Shown here one piece after another: positions 1 to 11,893 of a DNA stretch of 64,000 nt. The DNA is from Octopus vulgaris (taxonomy: Eukaryota), in the NCBI GenBank assembly GCA_951406725.2, contig OX597815.1, positions 172,236,001-172,300,000 on the forward strand, read 5' to 3'. Under the pieces are notes generated by a model. It was given only the letters and a program-made list of their open reading frames with translations. It was not told the DNA's origin and searched no databases. Made by a program: the position numbers and the translations under genes. How positions within the stretch are numbered: position 1 is the first letter of the stretch; the number at the start of each line of letters is the position of its first letter.

Positions 1-69
1 GCAGTCAAATGACTGAAACAAGTAAAAGAGTATAGCAGATGCCCTTCTTGTTACTAACTTCAACACAAC

Positions 70-1366
70 ACAGCAGAACCACCAGATGATTTGTTGATTG
101 AGAAATGACAGCAAACTTCATTGCTTGCAGTCAGTAGATTTGCATATGAAGCTTGTATAATGTAAGCACTCACTCTCACAATTATATACACATGTATATG
201 TGTGTGTATAATAGGCCAAAAGATAATGTGCAGCACTATCATTGTAGGCTACATACCTTAGAGTATAGTTAGAGCAGTAAATAATCCTGGTCATCTCATT
301 GCATCCCTGATATACCTCAAGTGAACCTGGTCTGCCCTGCTGCAGGTGTAGAAAGTCAGGGATGAGATAAGTGCAGTTGATTGTTTGGCACATCTCTCCC
401 TCACTATAATTCAATGTTAGCACAAGTCAGGATTCAAACTTCTTCAAACCATCTTCAGTACATCATCATCATCATTGTTTAATGTCCGCTTTCCATGCTA
501 GCATGTGTTGGACGATTTGACTGAGGACTGGTGAACCAGATGGCTGTGTCAGGCTCCAATCTGATCTGGCAGAGTTTCTACAGCTGGATGCCCTTCCTAA
601 TGCCAACCACTCCGAGAGTGTAGTGGGTGCTTTTAAAGTGCCACCAGCATGAGGGCCAGTCAGGCAGTACTGGCAACAGCCACACTCAAAAGTGGTGTTT
701 TTTATGTGCCACCTGCACAGGAGTCAGTCCAGCAGCACTGGCAACGACCTCGCTCAAATGTTTTGTTCACGTGCCACCGGCACAAGTGCCAGTGGGGCGA
801 CGCTGACAACGATCACACTCAAATGGTGCTCCTTACATGCCAAACAGCTGTTCTGGCAGTGATCCTGCTTGGATAGAGCTGTTAGTGCTCCACTGGCATG
901 GGTGTCAGTCATCGATTTTGGTTCAATTTGGTTCACATGTTTGCAACAATGAAATATCAGCAGTTCCATAGATTCATCACACAGTAGCATATGCGCCAGC
1001 AGTCACAAATTTTTGCCTGCATGTATAGTTTAGGTCTGTCATTAATCCTAAACCTCATAAGGCTGAAGCAGACCAAGCTGACTTGCGTATACCAGGGATG
1101 CAATGCGACAACTGGGATGATTTACTGCTCTGAGGGTTGTAGCCCTCAGTGACATTGATGCACATTATGTTTCTGCCTATTGTACACATACACATAAACA
1201 TGCATGTATAGGTGTCTCAGTGCATGTACATGTGTGTGTGCATATATGTCTGGGTGTGTGTGTGAGTACTTATGTTCTGCAAGCTTCATATACAAAACCA
1301 CTGAATTACAAGCAGTGAAGTTTGCTGTCATTTCTCAGTCAACAAATCATCTGGTCGCTCTGCTGT
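70..1366. mobile_element. foldback/MITE-like element with long imperfect inverted arms, interrupted by an RTE 3' end
   Basis: 70-335 is the approximate reverse complement of 1068-1366 (e.g. accagatgatttgttgattgagaaatgacagcaaacttca vs tgaagtttgctgtcatttctcagtcaacaaatcatctggt). Confidence 0.7.
461..925 (-). mobile_element. RTE LINE 3' end (5'-truncated) with (GAT)n tail
   Basis: Same sequence as the 3' UTR attached to the RTE ORF at 39566-41013. Confidence 0.8.
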
Positions 1367-2086
1367 CTTGGCATAAAAGTGACTGAGATTAAATTACTTT
1401 CTTGCACCTGAATAGGACACTACTCCATTGCAGGTTTTAACTACCCAGCTTTTGCTGGAACTCATTTACAGCAGAGTGGGCTGGAGACATGTGAAACAGT
1501 GCACAGCCTGGTCTGAAAATCAAAACCACTATCATTAGTGCAATGTCTTAACCACTAGGTTGCATGCTTTTATGCATGTGTAACTGCATACTGCCGTATT
1601 GATACATTTTAAGAGATGCTGTTGATGTGAGAGAGATGGAGCCTTGATCATTCTTTGTATGTGAAGGAGAAACAAGTTCAAAAGGATTGAGATCTGATGA
1701 AATCATTCTAATATACAAGAACTTATGAAAATAAAATGAGATTTGTTTGCTGAACAGCATTAGAGAAACAAAAACAAAAAACAAGGAAATGACTGAGCAA
1801 TGAAGGTATCAACCAGTGTATGTAGAGGAAGCAACTATACTGACATGGACATGTGAAACAAATAGACAGCTGCAATGTTAATGAGTATCAAGATCTCATG
1901 ATAAAGAAAAACCAAAAGGCAAGATATTAAATGATCCAGTCAAATCTTAAAGATTTTTGGGTTTCTCTGATAAGCTATCATAGGATTGAAAGAATGGTGA
2001 AGATCAGTCTTCTGCTGAAGATTAGTTCAAATTGTAACAGCTGAGAAAAAAGACCACAAGGTTCAGTCTTTGTTACAGTATGATAA

Positions 2087-2349
2087 TGTAGTGTGAATGG
2101 TGAAAAGAGTACAACAGAAAAAGGGAGAATGGAAAATGTAATTGGGTCTTACCTCGTCGGAGATGAACTTGGATCGCTTTTAGCCAAATCGCTCGTCTGG
2201 TCCCTTCGTCGTGTCTGCCGCAACTCCTCAATGCCGCACGTGCGTTCTGCCTGTCACTTCCGCTTCCGCCGGCGCATGCGCCCTGCAAGCCCTGCAAGCC
2301 CCACTTCCGCTCTCCCCCATCCATCACACTCTTTCACCATCACACCACA
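2087..2349. mobile_element. 263-bp TGT...ACA element with ~22-bp imperfect terminal inverted repeats and 5-bp TSD (solo LTR or Ginger-type non-autonomous element)
   Basis: GATAA at 2082-2086 and 2350-2354; ends tgtagtgtgaatggtgaaaagagt / actctttcaccatcacaccaca. Confidence 0.75.
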
Positions 2350-4049
2350 GATAACTTGTGTGCCTCATTGACTCTGAGAGCTTTTCCAGCAGAGTACAAG
2401 TTATGATAAAAGGGTAAAGATCCCCTTTAGTCATGAGTGACCATGGGATTGCATCTAGAAAGTTACCCTCCGAGGCACAAATCCAGGCAAGGTTGTTTAT
2501 GGAAGACCAGCAATTGCCCATGTGTACCAGCCTCCCATCTCCATGCTACTGATGATAACCAAGGGAAAGACAAAGGTCATGGTCGATACAGCTTGGCACC
2601 AGTGATGTCACAACACATTTCTACACCTGAGTGAACTGGAGCAACATGAAATAAAGTGTCGCTCATGAACACAATACACAACTCAGTTCAGGAATCGAAC
2701 TCACTAACTCATGATGATAGAGTCACCCATACTGAACAAGTCATTTTGGATTTGTTTAACAGTACAAACCTCATAGGTAAGCAGTAAATATTTATGATCC
2801 TAAAAGTACTTGATATTATTTTAAAATCTATTTACTATAGGCCACCACAAAATTCAGCCCTTATTACAGTGTCATAGTTTGTTTTAATTATTCTGAGAGC
2901 TATACTAGAGGAGTGCAAGCTCCTGGGAGGGACTCCTAGACAGGCCAAACGATAGAGGCCAGACTATTATAGATTTCCTCTTCCCGGGGAAAAAAATGGG
3001 TTTGTGTAGGGCCAACATGGCTACCTAGAAAAAAAAAGCAAAGTTACTGAAGTGTCAATGACAATTCAAAGACCTGGGAGAGGAAAGCCTTCCCTCAGAG
3101 AAACATATGGCTCAGTGCAGTAAAATCTGAAAGGTCACACTTTAAGGAAACCAACTTCCTGCATTACATGTCAGGCTTTGACCTGAAATCCACAATGAAG
3201 ATTGGAGAAAGGATGCAGGATACTGAAGCAAAGCTGAAGAAGCAGGGAGCCAACTAGGGAGAAGAAGAAAAGACAACTTGGAGTTGAAAACAGTGAGGAA
3301 AAGTCATCCACAGCCAGTACCCCATAGGGAGTGAAGGGCTTAAGTAGGTTAGAAGAAAAGGAGTTTAAAAGGATTAAAAGAGGACACTGACAACAATGAT
3401 AAAAATACAATGATGAGGTTAATGACAATGATAACAACAATGATGATAATGGTGGTGGTGGTGGCGGTGGTGAATATACTTTCTTAAAACAACACAAAGA
3501 ACCAAAACAATCAGAAATATCATTTTTGCATTGTTTTTCAGCTTTTGATTCCCATGTGGCAATATTGGTCAATGTCTTATTGAAACGACTTCAACACAAT
3601 TACCTCAGATAGATACATGGTTTCACATGTATAAAGCATTAATTTTTGTTGATGAAACAGAGTGTCTTGTTTAAACGAGGGAGGGAATATTGTAACATAT
3701 GTGATTGTTAACATGACTCATCATATTACAACCAATTTTATAGTAGCTGATGACATGTTAGAAATAACAACCTATCTTCCTTAAATCATAAATTACCACC
3801 TTAAAAAAAGACATAGGACAGTATAATCTTTCATATACTGCGTTTGAAAATAAAATGAGAGAGGCACTGTTGGAATGTCTTTGATTGTATATTTTCTGTT
3901 TAAGAGCTGGCCTAGGATTAAACAAGTACAACAACTACAAATACTTTTGTATTGATCTTTCACATATAATGATTTCTAACACAATCTCAGATATAGTTGT
4001 GTGGTTTAAGAAGCTTACTTTGCAATATGTAAAAAAGGCGTAGATATAT

Positions 4050-4274
4050 TTCTTTTATTGCCCACAAGGGGCTAAACATAGAGGGGACAAACAAGGATAG
4101 ACAAAGGCATTAAGTCGATAACATCGACCCCAGTGCGTAACTGGTACTTTATTTTATCGACCCCGAATGGATGAAAGACAAAGTCGACCTCGGTGGAATT
4201 TGAACTCAGAACGTAATGACAGACGAAATACTGCTAAGCATTTCACCCGGCGTGCTAACGTTTCTGCCAGCTCG
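4050..4274 (-). mobile_element. tRNA-derived SINE, family A
   Basis: Reverse complement of the copies at 38036 and 42343. Confidence 0.8.
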
Positions 4275-4276
4275 TC

Positions 4277-5306
4277 CATAAGGTGTACCCAGTGCAAGCT
4301 ACAAACACATAAGAGGTGCAGCAATATCAGAGGAGTAACAGGGATAATAGTCTTTGTATATGGCAGATGCATAGGTACAGTAGAGACTAGAAATATACTG
4401 AAAATAGGCCCCATCAAATGCCAGTGGGAAACCTAGAAGTAGCTGATAGCTTTTGTTATCTAGGTAACCAAGTCAGCAGTGGAGGGGGATGCTCTGAGAG
4501 CATAACTGCTAGAATAAGAATAGGCTGAGCAAAGTTAAGAGAGCTTCTATCTTTGTTGACAACAGAGGGCCTCTCCCTCAGAGTGAAAGGCAGATTGTAT
4601 GATGCATGTGTGCAAACAACTATGCTACACAGCATTGAAACATGGGCTGTCGTGGCAGAGGACATACAAAGGCTTGAAAGAAATGAATCTAGTATGCTCT
4701 GCTCGATGTGCAATGTTAGTGTGCATGTATGACTGAGTGTAAGTGGCTTGAGAGAAAAATTGGGTATAAGAAACATCAGATGTGGTGTATAAGAGAGGCA
4801 TTGCATTAGTATGGACATGTGATATGTATGGATGAGGATGAGGTATAAAGAAGTGTCAATCTCTAACTGTGGTGGGGAACTTGTGGAAGAGGTAGACCCA
4901 GGGAGATATGGGACGTGGTGGTGAAGCATGAAAATGTGGGGTCTTATGGAGGGAATGACAAGCAATCATGACCTTTGGCAATTTGCTGTGCTTGAAAAGA
5001 CCTGTCAAGCCAAGTGAAATCATAGTTGTGGCTGGTACTAGTGACACGTAACAACATCCATACTAGTAACACAAAAAGCACCTGGGCCAGTAACACGTGA
5101 AAACATCTATGTGGAGGCACATAAAAGCACCTGTGCTGGTGACACATAAAAGACACCCAGTACACTCTCAAAATGGTTGGAATTAGAAAGGACATCCAGC
5201 TATAGAAACCAAGCCAAATTCAGACTGGCGGTTTCCCAGCTTACCAGGTCCAGTTAAGCTGTCTAACCCATGCCATGGAAAGTGGACATTAAATGATGAT
5301 GATAAT
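4277..5306 (+). mobile_element. RTE-clade LINE 3' fragment (degenerate)
   Basis: Homologous to the RTE ORF at 40249-41010 ([18 protein letters not shown]); ends in a GAT tail. Confidence 0.85.
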
Positions 5307-5342
5307 ATATAGGTTTATATATATATATATATATATAGATAT

Positions 5343-5377
<35 letters not shown>

Positions 5378-5698
5378 TAGATATATATATATCAAATGGA
5401 TGTCTTACAAAACTATTCCAACATACAATAACAGCCATACTAACAATCCAACACACCTCCATCATCAGCAGCCCCACAGATATCACTATCGTTTCAACAC
5501 CTGGGTAGTACCATTTAATCCAGCAGTGTCGACACCACTAAAATAAGTGTTGTTTGGAAACAAATATACGTTAGATACCACCACATTCATTCAATCTTAA
5601 TTCTAGGAAGGATTTTATATATATATATATATTGTTGAGGAAGACAACGAATGTTAAGGCAAGGCAAACATTTCAAGTCATATACATTATTATTATCA

Positions 5699-5833
5699 TC
5701 TTAGCTGTTTCTGGGATATCCCAGAGTATGGGATATCCCGTCATCAGATACAAATACCCTTCTCATTTTCCCTACTTGTCTCTGACAACAGAATAACCCA
5801 TACTCTGGAATATCCCAGAAACAGGTGTAAGAC
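5699..5833. mobile_element. Penelope-like terminal relic: inverted pair of hammerhead-like motifs
   Basis: Minus strand reads CTGATGA-cgggatatccca tactc tgggatatccca-GAAA; a degenerate copy lies on + at 5781-5833. Confidence 0.6.
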
Positions 5834-5847
5834 TTTGAATTTTTTTA

Positions 5848-6040
5848 CTGTGGTCATGCTCGAGCACTGCCTTTAGTCAAGTAAATCAACCCCAGGACTT
5901 GTTCTTTGTAAGCCTAGTACTTATTCTATCGGTCTCTTTTGCCAAACCACTAAGTTATGGGGACATAAACACACCAGCATTGGTTGTCAAGTAATTTTGG
6001 GAGGACAAACACACACACAAGCATATATACACACACATAC

Positions 6041-6114
<74 letters not shown>

Positions 6115-6163
6115 ATGTATGTATGTATATATATGTATATATATATATGTATGTATGTATATG

Positions 6164-6198
<35 letters not shown>

Positions 6199-6231
6199 AT
6201 GTATATATATATATATATATGTATGTATATG

Positions 6232-6266
<35 letters not shown>

Positions 6267-6269
6267 ATG

Positions 6270-6300
<31 letters not shown>

Positions 6301-6333
6301 ATGTATATATATATATATGTATGTATGTATATG

Positions 6334-6364
<31 letters not shown>

Positions 6365-6421
6365 ATGTATATATATATATATGTATGTATGTATATGTAT
6401 ATATATATATATGTATGTATG

Positions 6422-6495
<74 letters not shown>

Positions 6496-6655
6496 GATGG
6501 GCTTCTTTCAGTTTCTGTCTACCATAGACACTCACTAGGCTTTGGTCGGCCCAAGGCTATAGTAGAAGACACTTGGCCAAAGTGCCATGCAGTGGGACTG
6601 AACCCAGAACCATGTGGTTGGTTAGCAAGCTACCTATCACACAGCCACTCCTGTA
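5848..6655 (-). mobile_element. tRNA-derived SINE, family B, with internal (TA)n/(TATG)n expanded to ~470 bp
   Basis: Flanks are reverse-complement matches to 23965-24338; compound microsatellite at about 6025-6495. Confidence 0.8.
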
Positions 6656-7561
6656 CCTTTATTTTATTGGGAAGCCTTACTAAGAAATTGTGCTCGACTA
6701 GTAGAGATTTCAAGATAATTAAGGCAAACAAGCCACCATATCACAAAGACTTAACTTTCAGTGGCCATATGTTAATGGCATTACTTTATCATTGGGCTGG
6801 AAGAATCGTTTGAGTGTCAGAAAACAACCTTGCAGTAATGCTTTACATTCTGAATTCAAAACCTACTATAGTCAACTTTACTTTCCAACTGTCAGAGGTC
6901 AATAGTATATGTACCAGTCATATATTGGAACCAATGGTATTGATTAAACATCCACACTCTCTGCTCAGAGCTGCTGATCTTAGGAATCACTATTCAATTA
7001 ATTCCAGATGGATGAAAGACAAAAACCACCCCAGTTGGATTGTCCTCATAACAAAAGCAGGAAAAATAATAAAAATATTACGTTTAATCAACACTCTACT
7101 GCCTCACCTACCTCTACTTCCTTCGTAATATGTAATCAACTGATAAACATTCCCATGCTATACATGTGTTAAGCTATACACTAAAAATTGATGTTGCATG
7201 CCCTAAATCTCAAACACAAGTTTATATTCATGTACATGGAGAATTTTAAATCTGACTGTTAGATTCAATTGGCATCAGAGAAATTGGCCTTGGTAAGTGA
7301 GACAACTGTTCAGGCAAGACACTGTAACACTTCAGAAAACAAATGTTTGGTCAAAACAAATTATGCTACAAGCTTATTGTGAAGATAAGCCAATGAAAAC
7401 TTGGGTGAACTGAATATATCTTAGGACATCAAACCTGGCCCATCATGAGAAAACATAACATGTTAGTTGAAGATGTGCTATTATGCAAATTCATCTCAGT
7501 CATATCATTCATCATATTCAAGTGGTTTTTTTAATTATAAATAATGAATGAGAGTGAAATA

Positions 7562-7657
<96 letters not shown>

Positions 7658-7720
7658 AATGGCGGTGCCCCAGCATGGCCACAGCTCATGAGCTGAAACT
7701 GGAAAAATCAAAATCAAAAT

Positions 7721-7751
<31 letters not shown>

Positions 7752-7755
<4 letters not shown>

Positions 7756-8200
7756 GGAGTTTAACGCAGGTATAATTCAAATACTTTTACTTCTGACACA
7801 TGTTTCGAAGATTTCACTGATATTATTCCAAAGGAGTAAATGGTGTAAAACAATGTAATCTTCTCTTCAGGGAAGTGAAGAAATGAAACTCGTCAATAAG
7901 ACATTTTTGGTTGATGAATGAATTTATCTTATTGACAAGTTGTTTAAGGAAAGCATTCTTTGGTGGAATGGGAATATCTTTCAGTGATGCGTTAATATTA
8001 AATAATTCCATATGCTGTTACTATTTTGTTAACAGGTTATAAATAAATCTGATTAAAGTATATATAAATAGATGAGTGTATTTTTCCCTTGTTAACGATT
8101 AACACGGGAAAAATAGATAAATAGTTACCAGGGTAGCAAAAAATCACACAAGTAAAGAGGTTGTTAACAAGGGAAAAATACAATCATCTATTTATATATA
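7752..8200 (-). mobile_element. Penelope-like element terminal fragment with ORF start and hammerhead
   Basis: ORF 7823-8011 (SLKDIPIPPKNAFLKQLVNKINSFI) resembles PLE ORF N-termini; short inverted end 8061-8096 vs 8163-8198; (TA)n flanks. Confidence 0.7.
7790..7875 (-). ncRNA. type I hammerhead ribozyme motif
   Basis: CTTCC-CTGAAGA-GAAGATT...AATCTTC-GAAA-CATGTG-TC-AGAAG: 7-bp stem II, GUC site, stem I CTTC/GAAG. Confidence 0.65.
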
Positions 8201-8766
8201 TATATAGGTGTCATCCAGTGGGACTGAACCCTGAACCATGTGGTTGAGAAACAAGCTTCTTACCACACAGTCACAACATATATGACACAATCATAAACTT
8301 TTGTTATGCTCTGTTTTTTTCCTTTGTATATCACAAACAACATTGATTGTCTCAATCATATTAATCAACTTTTCAGCTATGACTTTTACCTGACTTTTTA
8401 ACACGTAACTGGATATGCTATTGCAATGAGATATTAGTCAAGTAACAGATCAGGAAAAATCAAATTACTCAGAAAGTAACTGTGTAATAGCAGAGAATCT
8501 TTGAGAATAGGACTTTGAAACAGAAAGATTAGACAAATCATATTCTCAAACAGTTCAGGCAAGCTGTTGCCTACTACTTATTGCTTCTGTAACATTCTTC
8601 ATGTATTTAGCTTAACTCAATATCTGTTAAAGGCTAGCAATAAAATAAATGTATATATATGTATAAATAGTAACTGCTTTAATCTCTGTAACTACTAATG
8701 TGAACTTTATTGTTCATGTTCCATGGTTTAGAGAAATAACATACTTGGTAATAATTAAATTCTTAA

Positions 8767-8956
8767 CCCTTTCGTTACCAACCTGGCTGAAACCGGCTCT
8801 GGCTCTAAATACAAATGTCTTGTTTCCATAAGTTTTGAATTAAATTCTTCCACACTTGCTTAATGATAACTAAGTTATTTACTAAATTCTGTGTTATATT
8901 TAAAATTAATTAAAAGAAACACAGAGCATCTCAAAATAAATATGGTAACAAAAGGG
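8767..8956. mobile_element. piggyBac-type MITE
   Basis: TTAA at 8763-8766 and 8957-8960; TIRs CCCTTTCGTTACCA / TGGTAACAAAAGGG. Confidence 0.85.
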
Positions 8957-9432
8957 TTAAAGATCTTATGTGACTTGGGATTCCGAACAAAAATTGTGGA
9001 AAATAAAATAAAATTGTGTGAGTCAGAGGGAAATTAAACCTTCATTTCTCATTTAATAATTAAGTTCATCTCTTCAAACTACTTGACCATTCATTAATTC
9101 TCATTCCTTTGTATAATTCTGTATAAAGATGCATATGTATTCAAAATAATCAAAGCAGTCACAAACAAATATTTTGATGCATAAACATGCAAACAAATAC
9201 ACAGAGTTAATCAATTCAGAAGCTGAAATGAATTACAGAAATGGTAATTAGCTCTGGATTTTGAAGTAACACTTCAACAGGATACTAATATCAACATAGT
9301 CAACAATAGGATACTAACAAGTTGATTTTTCCAAATTATCAAATACAGCATTCTAGCAGAGGAAACTGAATATTGTTAAGTGTTTCATTCAATTATACAT
9401 ACTATTTTAATAAAATAGCTTTTTATTTGTGG

Positions 9433-9680
9433 AGGCGCATGGCTTAGTGGTTAAAGTGTCAGCACCATGATCGTAAGATTGTAGTTTTGATTCCTGGACT
9501 GGGCGACACGTTGTGTTCTTGAGCAAAACACTTCATTTCACATTGCTCCAGTCCACTCAGCTGGCAAAAATGAGTAACACTGCGATGGACTGGTGTCTCG
9601 TCCAGCTGGGGGACGCATACACCATAGAAACCGGGAAACCAGGCCCATGAGCCTGGCTACGCTTTAAAAGAGCGCATTTA
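9433..9680 (+). mobile_element. tRNA-derived SINE, family C
   Basis: A-box-like TGGCTTAGTGG and B-box-like TTTTGATTCC; shares head and ttgagcaaaacactt core with 63056. Confidence 0.75.
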
Positions 9681-9889
9681 TTTTCTTTAACTTTTTATTT
9701 CTATATATTCAATCAGTATTAAGGTATATCATTCATCAGTGAACTTTCAATTTCTAAAAAGAATTGTTTTATGCCTTTCATATTTGTTATCTAACATAAT
9801 TCTTAATATTCATCATTAAGAACAACATTTGTTTCAGATGTTTATTGAGAAGCCTCACAGAATAATTTGATGTTTAGAAGATAGAAAAG

Positions 9890-9941
9890 ATGTCTGGTTG
9901 GCACAGCTTGTCGGGATATTTACATTATAAACCAGGTGGAT
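9890..9941 (+). CDS. TBC1D2: coding exon 1 (PH domain start, [17 protein letters not shown])
   Basis: Acceptor tttcag ends at 9837, ATG at 9890, donor T|GTGAGT in phase 1 matches the next exon; LSGYL resembles the PH beta-1 strand. Confidence 0.75.
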
Positions 9942-10673
9942 GTGAGTAAAAATTTGCAGTTTTGTAATTTTAGCATTGACTATTTCAGCAATTTATATAC
10001 AAAAATAAAATAAAATATGTATATGTATTCATGTATGTATGTATGTATGTATGTATGTATGTATGTATGTATGTACGCATGCATGCATGCATGTATATAT
10101 GTATGTATGTGTGTGTGTCTATGCATGTATGTATATGGCTAATTAAATTATGCTGAATATATTTGATATATTTTATTACTTTAGCTATGCACTGTCTTTC
10201 ATGATTTGGAGTTTGATAGAAAAGTATCAATTCAAAACAGCAAATTGATAGAAATGTGAGAACATCAGACCAGGTGTTTTGCAATATTTGGTCCAGTTCT
10301 TTGTGTTCTGAGTTCAAATTCTGCCATGTCCTGTTAAGGTGGTAGACTCAGCTTGTTGCTCCGGTTTGACACCAACACCTGGCATCTTGGATGCTTTTAA
10401 CAGAGTCCACTTTGTTGCATGCATTCAGGCCATATTTCTAACTTGAGAATAGCTTCCTCCCTTCTGTCCACTAGTCTCAGAGGCCCTGTAATAGGTCATA
10501 GACACCTCAGGTCACAGGTACTGCTCTTCCTTCTGACTTAAAGATAGAAAAAAAAAATATTGTTATATCTGTCATGTCTACAGGAGATGTGGATTTGAGC
10601 CATTAACTTTTTTCTATCCAAAAAGGTTTCTGACCCAATATTTACATGCTATTGCTTATAACTTTATATGTAG

Positions 10674-10714
<41 letters not shown>

Positions 10715-11774
10715 GTTTAACGTCTGCTTTCCATGTTAGCATGGGTTGGACGATTTGACTGTGGTCTGGCGAACCAGATGGCTGCACCAGACTCCAATCT
10801 GATCTGGTAGAGTTTCTACAGCTGGATGCCCTTACTAATGCCAACCACTCCAAGAGTGTAGTGGGTGCTTTTACGTGCCACCTGTACGAGGGCCAGTCAG
10901 GCGGTACTGGCAATGGCCATGCTCGAAATGGTGCTTTTTATGTGCCACCTGCACAGGAGCCAGTCCAGCATCACTGGCAACAACCTCACTTCTAATGTTT
11001 TTCACATGCCACCAGCACAGGTGCTAGTAAGGCGAAGCAGGTAATGATCACACTCGAATGGTGTTTCTTTTAATGTGCCATCGGCACGGAGGCCAGCTTG
11101 TTGCTCTGGCAATGATCTCACTCATATGGTGGCAACGATCTCACTCATATGGTCCTGAGATCCAATTCCAAATAAGAATTATTATAATACCTGCTTATCC
11201 AAGCTAACCCATCATCACACATTCTATATACTTCTAAAAAGGCAGGATGGTCACAGCTGGAATATTTTGGTCACAGATTTACTTATTCATGGTTGATCTA
11301 GAACTAAACAACAGCATGTCAACTGGTAAAAGCCTACTCATAATTTTGCATACAAGAACTGGTTAATTTGTAATGCAATTAATTCATTATACCAATAAAC
11401 AGGAAAGGCTGCATATATTTTATTCAAAATCTTATTTTGAAAATTCACTGAATCACATAGTAAACACCTTTTTTTCTGAAATATAAACTTAAATTAATTT
11501 TTAAGAAATTTCACTTAATAAGTATATGATTTTATTTACATTCTTTACATTATATACATTATTTACATTTGACGGATATTTGTCATCTTGTTTGTTGTTA
11601 ACACGTTTCAGCTGATATACCTTCCAGCCTTCATCAGGTATCTTGGGGAAATTTCAAACCTGGGTTCTCATTCCTAAGGTATTTCTAGATGTTATTATTA
11701 TCATCATCATCATCATCATCCTCATCATCATCCTCATCATCATCATCATCCTCATCATCATCATCATCATCATG

Positions 11775-11835
<61 letters not shown>

Positions 11836-11845
11836 TCACTGCCTG

Positions 11846-11893
<48 letters not shown>

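Noticed and set aside
5984-6813. Long ORFs rich in Y/I/M/C/V (also near 28.3, 30.2, 44.8, 45.5, 61.1 and 63.4 kb)
   Set aside because: They are translations of (TA)n, (TATG)n, (ATC)n, (GATA)n and (TAG)n microsatellites, not proteins.
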